Shown: one piece after another, positions 1-7,766 of the stretch
Numbering within the stretch: position 1 is the stretch's first letter
Layout of the letters: the number at the start of each line of letters is the position of its first letter
Virus record (IMG/VR): IMGVR_UViG_3300029544_000210
Coordinates: 1-20,405 of that record
From: a virus
Taxonomy: Duplodnaviria > Heunggongvirae > Uroviricota > Caudoviricetes
Direction: 5' to 3' (one strand)
Length of the DNA stretch: 20,405 bases
Made by a program: the position numbers and the translations under genes
The notes under the pieces: model-generated
The model's input: the letters and a program-made list of their open reading frames with translations, nothing else
What the model was told of the DNA's origin: nothing
The model's database searches: none

Positions 1-198
1 TTAAATCATATTTATATTTTCTATAAATTCATCAAATAATTTTCTTTTTATCAATCTTTTATTTCCTACATATAATACAAAATTACAAGTAGGTTCTTTA
101 ATCAACATAGTTAATCTATTTATTCCAATATTGGAGTATTCAGCAGCTTCTTCAAGTGTAAGGTTCTGTTTTTGATAAATCGGAACTTTTTCTTTCAT
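1..198 (-). CDS. xis: Excisionase / Tn916-Xis-like HTH DNA-binding protein
   Basis: KVPIYQKQNLTLEEAAEYSNIGINRL...FVLYVGNKRLIKRKLFDEFI resembles the Tn916 Xis family. ATG at 198 follows GAAAGG and lies just past the dUTPase stop. Confidence 0.8.
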   Translation of the reverse strand: MKEKVPIYQKQNLTLEEAAEYSNIGINRLTMLIKEPTCNFVLYVGNKRLIKRKLFDEFIENINMI

Positions 199-200
199 AA

Positions 201-980
201 TCACGCCTTTCCAGTACTTCCAAAGCCACCTTCACCTCTTACAGTATCAGACAATTCATTCACTTCTTCAAAATCAACATGAAGATAAGGTATTATAACC
301 AACTGAGCTATCCTTTCTCCTGGAGTAACAGTTCTAGGGGTATCTGAGTCATTATGTAATGCCACTATACATTCACCCCTATAATCACTATCTACTACAC
401 CTACTGCATTAGCTGGTCTTAAGCCTTCTTTAGTTGCTAACCCACTTCTTGCGAATACAGCACCGAAATAACCATTAGGAATTTCTACTGCTATGCCAGT
501 ACCAATTTTAACAGTTGTATGTGGTGTTATTATCACAGGAGATGTAATAACAGCGTATAAATCATATCCTGCCGCATATTCACTTCCTCTTGTTGGAATC
601 TGTACATTATCTCTAAGTTTCTTAAGTTTAATTGTTGTGCTATTAACTACTGTACCTTTTATGTTTTCTATACTTATCATCTCTATAATACCTGCCTTTA
701 CTAATTTTCTTGTTTCCTTTTCAACACAATTCTTAAGTATCTTATACAAAGTATCACCTTGACGACTATCATCATAATAAGGATAATATGTGCCTGTGGT
801 ATCAGATACTCTGCTGTTAAATGTTCTCTCTTCGAGATTAATATAGAATGTCAAGAATATTACAGGTCTTTTCCCGTCTTGATATATAACAGTTCTATAT
901 GTATAATCTCCGTCTGATTTATATCTAAAGCCATATTCTTTAAGCTTCTTATCGGTTGCACACTTTTTTACTTCATACAT
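201..980 (-). CDS. dut: Trimeric dUTPase with ~110-aa N-terminal extra domain
   Basis: All five motifs are present: AAGYDL, ARSGLA, GVVDSDYRGE, GERIAQL, RGEGGFGSTG. AAGGAG SD lies upstream of the ATG. Confidence 0.92.
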   Translation of the reverse strand: MYEVKKCATDKKLKEYGFRYKSDGDYTYRTVIYQDGKRPVIFLTFYINLEERTFNSRVSDTTGTYYPYYDDSRQGDTLYKILKNCVEKETRKLVKAGIIEMISIENIKGTVVNSTTIKLKKLRDNVQIPTRGSEYAAGYDLYAVITSPVIITPHTTVKIGTGIAVEIPNGYFGAVFARSGLATKEGLRPANAVGVVDSDYRGECIVALHNDSDTPRTVTPGERIAQLVIIPYLHVDFEEVNELSDTVRGEGGFGSTGKA

Positions 981-1004
981 AAGTTATTTTTACTCCTTAA
1001 TTGT

Positions 1005-1640
1005 CTACATATTTTTAATGTTATTTTTAAGATATACAAGATACTCGTTCCACTTACCAATACAGTAAATATATTCTTTACCTTTAAGGCATTTTAATCT
1101 CATATCTGATTTAATATTCTCCCAAGTGTTCTTTTTTGTAACTAAAGTTTGCAAGAATGAATTGGTTATTCTACTTAGGGTTAAAAGCTTCTCAGGAGGA
1201 ATTTTAGACACGATTTGTTTATACTGTGTCAATTTATCATCTGGGATTTTATAATTAGATTTTGGGAGATTTTTAGGCGAAAAAGGGCTTGTCTGAGAAC
1301 CACTTGTTTTAGGTTTTAACAATGGGATAATTTTGTCAGAGTTGATGAATTTGAATTTAAACAGAATTTCAGCGTCCGTTTCTTCAATGTCAAATATCAA
1401 AGATTTGTCCGTTTCTTCAAGATTTTTAAGAATGTTATGTCCTCTTCCAAGAGAAGGAATATATGCTTGTAAAATGTTGTGTCCATAATAGAATACTTTA
1501 TTACCAAACTGGCAATCTATGTAACAATCTATATCTTCTAATGTGCCATTGAGCTTTCTATTAAAATCATTTGTTATTTGATTAATTGGAGCACGTATTC
1601 TATATTTTCCTTTAAATTTATCATATAGGTAATTTGCCGT
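1005..1640 (-). CDS. Hypothetical phage protein (~211 aa), probable ACG start
   Basis: The frame stays open 80 codons upstream of the TTG at 1400 (xANYLYDKFKGKYRIRAPINQ...QAYIPSLGRGHNIL). The context is AAGGAG-TGATTAAGT-ACG GCA, with an in-frame TGA at 1647-1649. Confidence 0.7.
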   Translation of the reverse strand, partial: TANYLYDKFKGKYRIRAPINQITNDFNRKLNGTLEDIDCYIDCQFGNKVFYYGHNILQAYIPSLGRGHNILKNLEETDKSLIFDIEETDAEILFKFKFINSDKIIPLLKPKTSGSQTSPFSPKNLPKSNYKIPDDKLTQYKQIVSKIPPEKLLTLSRITNSFLQTLVTKKNTWENIKSDMRLKCLKGKEYIYCIGKWNEYLVYLKNNIKNM

Positions 1641-1646
1641 ACTTAA

Positions 1647-2207
1647 TCACTCCTTTACTTTATTATTCTGTATATATCGCACTAATATGGGAGATGCAGA
1701 TAAAATTTTGTTATAATTTATTATCATACCTAAATCTATTAATGTATTAATGTGTTCTATTATTAATGTGTGTTTTTCGGATGATTCATTTTCAAGCGTA
1801 ATATCAAGATCATTAATTAATTTTATTAAATGTATATCAGGGTTATTATATATTTTTAGAATTATTTTCTTCTTATTATCATCTTGCAATAACTCTTTTA
1901 TTATATTATTTGTGTTGTATTCATTGTATAAATGATTATATTGATGTTTACAAATTTCAATTGTCGAAACACATAGTCCAATTGTATATATTAATTCTGT
2001 ATTGTTACAATCATTAAAATATCTTCTTTTTAAAAATTGAATAAATCGTTCATATTTAAACAAATTATGCGATATCTGAGAGTTTACTATCTTTGAAAAA
2101 ATATAATCAGATACATATTCATAAAATGCTTCATTGGTTTCATTTAACTCTTTAGCCAAAGTGCTATAAGTTGTTATTTTAGTTAAATCTTTAATTTCAT
2201 ATATCAT
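1647..2207 (-). CDS. Very AT-rich hypothetical protein with possible C-terminal winged-helix domain
   Basis: 186-aa ORF. The C-terminal KKIILKIYNNPDIHLIKLINDLDI...EHINTLIDLGMI has an ArsR/MarR-like wHTH pattern. Confidence 0.55.
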   Translation of the reverse strand: MIYEIKDLTKITTYSTLAKELNETNEAFYEYVSDYIFSKIVNSQISHNLFKYERFIQFLKRRYFNDCNNTELIYTIGLCVSTIEICKHQYNHLYNEYNTNNIIKELLQDDNKKKIILKIYNNPDIHLIKLINDLDITLENESSEKHTLIIEHINTLIDLGMIINYNKILSASPILVRYIQNNKVKE

Positions 2208-2224
2208 TTTATCATTGTGCCTTA

Positions 2225-2500
2225 CTAATATTCTTCATATTCTTTTTCGCTACTTATTTTAGGTGCATTCTTTTCACTGTCTAATACAGCATCTAAACAT
2301 TTTTGTCTATCGTTAAATATTAATTGGTTAAGATTATTATATGAAAATAAATATACATGTTTATCACGCTTATCAACACCAACAAAATAATCATCTTCTA
2401 CTGTTCTTATAAGCAACTCACTTACTTCGTATATGCCTACAGCTTTTAATATTCGGGCATAGTATAAAACCATACCCTTCCTTACATCTTCTTTAGTCAT
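2225..2500 (-). CDS. Hypothetical phage protein
   Basis: 91-aa ORF with AAGGAAG SD, co-oriented with its neighbours. Confidence 0.75.
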   Translation of the reverse strand: MTKEDVRKGMVLYYARILKAVGIYEVSELLIRTVEDDYFVGVDKRDKHVYLFSYNNLNQLIFNDRQKCLDAVLDSEKNAPKISSEKEYEEY

Positions 2501-2524
2501 TGTTATTCTTCCTTTTATTTAGCG

Positions 2525-2575
2525 TTATATTATAAGTCCTATAATTATTGCTAGAATTGTTGTCCATAAGTTCAT
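2525..2575 (-). CDS. Putative 16-aa hydrophobic micropeptide or gene remnant (MNLWTTILAIIIGLII)
   Basis: AGAGGA SD-like sequence upstream of the ATG. The ORF fills the gap between two genes and is not in the ORF track. Confidence 0.35.
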   Translation of the reverse strand: MNLWTTILAIIIGLII

Positions 2576-2580
2576 TTTAT

Positions 2581-2829
2581 TTATCCTCTATTTTTTTCTA
2601 ATATAGATTTAATTTGTGCTTCATATAAAGTTGTTGCACTAATAATTTCATTGCAACGACCTTCCATTTTATGAAAGCTATTTTCACATTGGTTACACAT
2701 TCTAATTATTGTTGCAATATCTTCATCATACCCATACTTGTTTTCAAGGTTACGCAACGCAACATAATAGTCTTCACCATCAATCTGAACACCAGATGAT
2801 TCTTCATTTGCAATATCTACATAAGACAT
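2581..2829 (-). CDS. Hypothetical phage protein
   Basis: 82-aa ORF with a strong AGGAGGT SD. Confidence 0.75.
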   Translation of the reverse strand: MSYVDIANEESSGVQIDGEDYYVALRNLENKYGYDEDIATIIRMCNQCENSFHKMEGRCNEIISATTLYEAQIKSILEKNRG

Positions 2830-2841
2830 ATTAATTACCTC

Positions 2842-3477
2842 CTAATCACAATATAAAACTACTTTGTTCTGAGCAAGAGATTGTTTCACATCAATACAGT
2901 TTTGGTTCTTGCTGCCTCGCCATTTCAATGTAAGGTCTTTCTGCTCATCTATATATTCTCCGTCAACAAGCACATCTATATTAGAAATTATCTTCCATCG
3001 TTTTGACCAAACACTAGGTATTCCACTAACTTTCTCGTATTGTTCTTGCTTTATAATCTCTGATAATTCATATCCCGTATATAACCAAATAGATTTCTTA
3101 GGAAATGAAATACGGATTTCCTTGGAATTTTCATCTTCTAAAACCCTTGATTTTCCTATGTTTTCTGAATTGTGATTTTGAGAAATTGGATATTTTTCTC
3201 GGATTTCCTTGATTAAAGATAAAACATCATCCAAATTTTGTTCTGCAAGTGGTTCACCACCCAAGATGGAAATTCGCTTAATATATGGTCTATCAATAAG
3301 TTCCATAAATTTATTTTTTGTTTTTTCTGTCCACTCTTTTCCACCATTAAAATCCCATGTTTCAGAATTGAAACAGTTTTTACAGTGTGGATTTCTGTCA
3401 CATCCTTGAACAAACAGGGCGACTCCAATATTCGCCCCGTTGCTAATATCAAGGTTACGTATACTCGCATACCTCAT
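2842..3477 (-). CDS. nrdG: Anaerobic ribonucleotide reductase activating enzyme (radical SAM) with 29-aa insertion
   Basis: NGANIGVALFVQGC..HCKNCFN, ILGGEPL, WLYTGY, DVLVDG, WRGSKNQ motifs. Directly follows nrdD. Confidence 0.93.
   Translation of the reverse strand: MRYASIRNLDISNGANIGVALFVQGCDRNPHCKNCFNSETWDFNGGKEWTEKTKNKFMELIDRPYIKRISILGGEPLAEQNLDDVLSLIKEIREKYPISQNHNSENIGKSRVLEDENSKEIRISFPKKSIWLYTGYELSEIIKQEQYEKVSGIPSVWSKRWKIISNIDVLVDGEYIDEQKDLTLKWRGSKNQNCIDVKQSLAQNKVVLYCD
3107..3163. repeat. Composite element copy A: GAAA-N6-TTTC core + 20-bp spacer + degenerate 23-bp palindrome
   Basis: GAAA TACGGA TTTC (3107-3120), then 20 nt, then AAACCCTTGATTTTCCTATGTTT (3141-3163). Same layout as 13210-13266. 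Confidence 0.65.
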
Positions 3478-3479
3478 AT

Positions 3480-5729
3480 TTAATCCTCCGTATATTCCAT
3501 GTCGTCCAAATGATAAACACGATCATGAATATCACCATACCTACCCTGATTACCACCATTTTTTGCAGTACCAATATAACCACAAACTCTAAATGCTATA
3601 TCCATTGTTGTATTGTCAGTATTCCCACAGCTAGGACATTCCCATTTAAGTCTATTATTTTCGTCTGATACAAGAGGAATATCACCATCAAAGCCACATT
3701 TTTCACAATAACAACTCTTTGTGTTAATCTCTGCATACATGATGTTGTTGTAAATAAACTTAATGACTTCTAATATAGCAGGAATATTATGAGTCATACT
3801 TGGTACTTCGATATATGAAATTGCTCCTCCTGGACTTAATTTTTGGAATTTTGATTCGATTCTTAACTTTTCAAATGCCGTGATATGTTCAAAGACAGGA
3901 ATGTGATATGAATTAGTAATATAATTTCTATCAAAACCATCTAATCTTTCAAAGATATCGCTACCAAAACGAGATTTTAGGCACTTTGCAAATTTGTAAG
4001 TTGTGGACTCTAATGGTGTTCCGTACAAACTATAGTCAATGTTTTCAGCTTGTTTCCACTGATTACATTTATCATTTAACGACTGCATAACCTTTAATCC
4101 AAATTCTTCGCCAATCCCTTCATCAGAATGAGAATGACCAGTCATAAATTTTACACATTCATATAAGCCAGCATAACCAAGCGAGATTGTAGAATAACCA
4201 TCATAAAGAAGTCTGTCAATTTTCTCATGTTTCTTTAATCTCGCATATGCTCCATGCTGCCATAAAATAGGTGCTACATCAGAAGATGTTCCAAGTAATC
4301 TCTCGTGTCTTGCCCTAAGTGCTTTATGACATAACTCAGTTCTTTCCTCAAAGATTTCCCAAAACTTATCAAAATCTCCGTCAGATGAGAAAGCAATATC
4401 TGGAAGAGAAATTGTTACGACACCTTGATTAAATCGTCCATAATATTTGTGTTTGCTTGGATCAAAGTTCTTTGCGTTTGCAATATTCCCTACTTTATCT
4501 GTAAATCTATCAACGGTCAGAAAACTTCGGCAACCCATACAAGTATAGACATCTCCTTTTAATTCAAGCATCATCTTTTCAGAAATATAATCAGGGACAA
4601 GTCTCTTAGATGTACATTCAGCTGCTAATTCTGTGAGATACCAATATTTAGAATCTTCTGTAATATTATCTGCTTCCAATACATAAATAAGCTTTGGAAA
4701 TGCAGGAGCAATGTAAACGCCATCTTCATTTTTTACCCCCTGAATTCTCTGGTGAAGCATTTCTTCAATTAACATTGCCAAGTCAGCTTTTTCACATTCG
4801 TTCTTTGCTTCGTTCAGATACATAAAAATTGTAATAAAAGGTGCTTGTCCATTTGTTGTCATAAGTGTAACCAACTGATACTGGATTGTTTGAACGCCTT
4901 TTTCTATTTCTTCTTTTAATCGTTTATTGGTGATATGAACAACTTCTGCGAGTTCTTCATTATATTCACTAATTAATCCATTATTATATAATTCTTCTGT
5001 TAATTTCTTTCTAATTGATTTTCTACTCACATTAACAAATGGAGCAAGATGTGCTAAAGAAATGCTCTGTCCTCCATATTGGTTACTAGCAATCTGTGCA
5101 ATAGCCTGTGTAGCTATATTACAGGCTGTAGAAAAGCTATGTGGCTTCTCAATCATTGTTTCACTTATAACCGTTCCGTTCTGAAGCATATCTTCAGAAT
5201 TTACTAATCCGCAGTTATGCATATGCTGTAAGAAATAATCAGCATCATGAAAATGAATTAGTCCTTCATTATGAGCTTGAATTATTTCAGGAGATAATAA
5301 ATATCTTTTTGTCATATCTGTACTAACAGATCCAGCAATATAATCTCTTTTAGTGGGATTTAATACTGGATTTTTATTTGCATTTTCATCCTTCCAATAT
5401 TCATCTTTATCTTCTACAAGATTATGAATCTCGGAATCTGTCGTATTCTCATTTTCTCTCTGAAACTCACGAATACTTCTATATCCTTCATACGCTTTTG
5501 CAGTAAGTCTCTGTTTCTTTGTAATCAATTTATCATAAACCATTGATTCAATATCAGAGATACTTACTTCGTCTTTATCCTTACATTCATTTTCAATCTC
5601 TTCTGCAATATCTTCTGCAATCTTAGGCTTTACAATACCAGATCCATTTTTCATAGCTTTAAGAATTGCGGATGATATTTTTGATTTATCAAAATTAACT
5701 TCTGAACAATCTCTTTTAATTACCTTCAA
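3480..5729 (-). CDS. nrdD: Class III anaerobic ribonucleoside-triphosphate reductase
   Basis: N-terminal ATP cone (VIKRD...FDKSKI), MGCRSFL, CEKC/CPSC Zn site, RVCGY glycyl-radical motif. GAGGAGG SD with TTG start. Confidence 0.96.
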   Translation of the reverse strand: MKVIKRDCSEVNFDKSKISSAILKAMKNGSGIVKPKIAEDIAEEIENECKDKDEVSISDIESMVYDKLITKKQRLTAKAYEGYRSIREFQRENENTTDSEIHNLVEDKDEYWKDENANKNPVLNPTKRDYIAGSVSTDMTKRYLLSPEIIQAHNEGLIHFHDADYFLQHMHNCGLVNSEDMLQNGTVISETMIEKPHSFSTACNIATQAIAQIASNQYGGQSISLAHLAPFVNVSRKSIRKKLTEELYNNGLISEYNEELAEVVHITNKRLKEEIEKGVQTIQYQLVTLMTTNGQAPFITIFMYLNEAKNECEKADLAMLIEEMLHQRIQGVKNEDGVYIAPAFPKLIYVLEADNITEDSKYWYLTELAAECTSKRLVPDYISEKMMLELKGDVYTCMGCRSFLTVDRFTDKVGNIANAKNFDPSKHKYYGRFNQGVVTISLPDIAFSSDGDFDKFWEIFEERTELCHKALRARHERLLGTSSDVAPILWQHGAYARLKKHEKIDRLLYDGYSTISLGYAGLYECVKFMTGHSHSDEGIGEEFGLKVMQSLNDKCNQWKQAENIDYSLYGTPLESTTYKFAKCLKSRFGSDIFERLDGFDRNYITNSYHIPVFEHITAFEKLRIESKFQKLSPGGAISYIEVPSMTHNIPAILEVIKFIYNNIMYAEINTKSCYCEKCGFDGDIPLVSDENNRLKWECPSCGNTDNTTMDIAFRVCGYIGTAKNGGNQGRYGDIHDRVYHLDDMEYTED

Positions 5730-5732
5730 TAT

Positions 5733-5861
5733 TTATTCCTCCTCAAATTCAACAACATTACCATCACTAATAACGACTCTTGTATTCTTACATTCAAACA
5801 ATTCTATACAATCGCTAACAGTAATATTATTCATATTAATTTCTGTAGTCTCTATTAACAT
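5733..5861 (-). CDS. Small hypothetical protein (42 aa)
   Basis: GGAGG-N7-ATG; MLIETTEINMNNITVSDCIELFECKNTRVVISDGNVVEFEEE. Its 3' end supplies the nrdD SD. Below the ORF-track cutoff. Confidence 0.65.
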   Translation of the reverse strand: MLIETTEINMNNITVSDCIELFECKNTRVVISDGNVVEFEEE

Positions 5862-6039
5862 AATCAATCCTCCAATCGCTTAATTTGTATTTACATTCAC
5901 CATTTTTATCTAAGCTATAATTTTCTCTAAGGAATTGGACATTAAACGGTGTGTTCTTATTATGTCTTACACAATCTATATATGGACAATTACGATTTCC
6001 ACAATAAATTCTTTCTATGTTTTCTTTTTTCAATTTCAT
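5836..6039 (-). CDS. Small Cys-containing hypothetical protein
   Basis: AAGGAG SD; CxxxxCxxxxCxRH...C pattern; overlaps its neighbours. Confidence 0.6.
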   Translation of the reverse strand: MKLKKENIERIYCGNRNCPYIDCVRHNKNTPFNVQFLRENYSLDKNGECKYKLSDWRIDYVNRDYRN

Positions 6040-6580
6040 CTAACTCCTTACAGATATGAGCAGTATCGTAAGCATCCCTTAATTCATTATTCACTACATA
6101 ATCAACATACTTCTTAATATGCTTGAAATCTTTCTTATCAGCTTTATATCTACGCTTGTTTTCTTTGGTGTCTTCAATAGAACCATTGGAACGCATGAAC
6201 ATTCTCTTTTTAAGTTCTTTATTAGATACCTCAAGATATATAGAAACAATAGGTAAATAAGGATATTTCTTCTTAATATTTTCAAGACCTTTAGGGGTTA
6301 AAATAATGACCTTATTAGATGCATATTTATAATCATCTAAACGACTGCCATATAACCACATTCCTTTTTCAGTTTCGTATTCTCTATATTCTGCAAAATC
6401 GCCTTTTTCGATCATATTCATAAATTCAGACTGAGTAACGAAATAATAATCTACACCATCAGTCTCTCCTATTCTCATAGGTCTTGTTGTACAGGTGGCA
6501 ACTCTTGAATATCCCATAGAGCACAATATTTTCGCTACACTATCTTTCCCTGAACAGCTTTTTCCAACTAATACAATCAC
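5990..6580 (-). CDS. gmk: Guanylate kinase-like nucleoside monophosphate kinase
   Basis: GKSCSGKD P-loop, TTRPMRIGETDGVDYYF and YG motifs. GGAGG SD with GTG start. Confidence 0.88.
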   Translation of the reverse strand: MIVLVGKSCSGKDSVAKILCSMGYSRVATCTTRPMRIGETDGVDYYFVTQSEFMNMIEKGDFAEYREYETEKGMWLYGSRLDDYKYASNKVIILTPKGLENIKKKYPYLPIVSIYLEVSNKELKKRMFMRSNGSIEDTKENKRRYKADKKDFKHIKKYVDYVVNNELRDAYDTAHICKELDEIEKRKHRKNLLWKS

Positions 6581-6816
6581 TCGAATTCCTCCATATCTTT
6601 TATAAATCTTTCAATCACATTTCTATCATCACAATATAGACAAACATTTACCAGTTCTAACAGGTTAAGTGAAAATATTGCCATAATAGATTTTGCATTA
6701 ACTTCATATCTGTGTGATTTAATTGTTATTTCTTCATCATATTTAGACACTATATCTACAAAATCTTTTATTCTTTTAATATTGTCTAATCTAATAACTG
6801 CTGTTGTTTCTAACAT
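6577..6816 (-). CDS. HPr-family phosphocarrier-like protein (lacks His15 motif)
   Basis: FVDIVSKYDEEITIKSHRYEVNAKSIMAIFSL contains the Ser46 signature. No GLHARP motif. Confidence 0.8.
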   Translation of the reverse strand: MLETTAVIRLDNIKRIKDFVDIVSKYDEEITIKSHRYEVNAKSIMAIFSLNLLELVNVCLYCDDRNVIERFIKDMEEFE

Positions 6817-6830
6817 ATTCCATTCCTTCC

Positions 6831-7517
6831 TTAATCAAAATACATTCTTATGTAAGCTATTTCACCTTCAAAAATTCCACCTAAAGTAGATACATCGCCT
6901 GTATTTCCCCACTGATTACTAATGTTCGGAATTAATGTAGGCTCATTTACAACAAATTCTACAATAGAACCATTTCCTAATGTATATTGTCCTAAATTAT
7001 CAGTATGCTCATCTGCTTTGCAATCTGCTAAAATACAAGGTATTACTTCACCCGATGTCATAACAATATCAAAATATGTTCCTATCTCCGTACTATAATA
7101 AGAACCGATAGCACAAGCATAGCGTCCATCAACCATATAGATACCTGAATCATCAAGTTCATACTCAGATTTAAGCTTATATTGTGCTGAATTTGTACTT
7201 GTTATCATTCTAGCATCCATATAACTTTTGAATGGTTTTTCGCTAGGTACATCAAGGTCAATATAATAAGTTTCTTCTATAATAATATTCTCTGTTTCAT
7301 CAACTGCTTCTTCAATTTCGTCCAACTTATTCATCTGCAACTGACGTTTAAACATATTCTGACGAACTTTTATATAGAAACGTGATTCATAATAACTAAC
7401 CTGTGCTGCTTTCGCAGTATTAATATGTACATTATTACTAGCCCACAAAGGGGCGACTACTATACCTGCAATAGCAATAGGAGCTATTACCTTACTTATC
7501 TTGTAAATCTTAAACAC
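6831..7517 (-). CDS. Exported/membrane-anchored protein, possible cell-wall-acting domain
   Basis: N-terminal hydrophobic signal-like segment. The C-terminal globular region (KSYMD...GRYACAIGSYY...CILADCKAD...EFVV) is loosely 3D-domain-like. Confidence 0.55.
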   Translation of the reverse strand: MFKIYKISKVIAPIAIAGIVVAPLWASNNVHINTAKAAQVSYYESRFYIKVRQNMFKRQLQMNKLDEIEEAVDETENIIIEETYYIDLDVPSEKPFKSYMDARMITSTNSAQYKLKSEYELDDSGIYMVDGRYACAIGSYYSTEIGTYFDIVMTSGEVIPCILADCKADEHTDNLGQYTLGNGSIVEFVVNEPTLIPNISNQWGNTGDVSTLGGIFEGEIAYIRMYFD

Positions 7518-7732
7518 CCACTTCCATCATATTTGTTTGTATATAATTTGATATATACTTCATTAGAACCATTAGTATCGAATCCGACAGATTTTATATT
7601 CATATCAACAATGCCAGATTCTTGTCTAATTTCTTCTATTTCATTATTCTCTCTTGTACCTACCGCCACATAAGAATCAGAAGGCACGTTTTCAAGAAAA
7701 CTTCTTAGTTTACCTGCATTTATATAATTCAC
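7496..7732 (-). CDS. Hypothetical phage protein
   Basis: 78-aa ORF with GGAGGTG SD upstream of a GTG start. Confidence 0.65.
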   Translation of the reverse strand: MNYINAGKLRSFLENVPSDSYVAVGTRENNEIEEIRQESGIVDMNIKSVGFDTNGSNEVYIKLYTNKYDGSGCLRFTR

Positions 7733-7766
7733 TCTTCAATTCTCACCTCCTTCCTAATAAAAATAA

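Noticed and set aside
1374..1420. 14-bp direct repeat GTCCGTTTCTTCAA (1374, 1407)
   Set aside because: Only two copies, both in coding sequence (EETD twice); not a CRISPR array.
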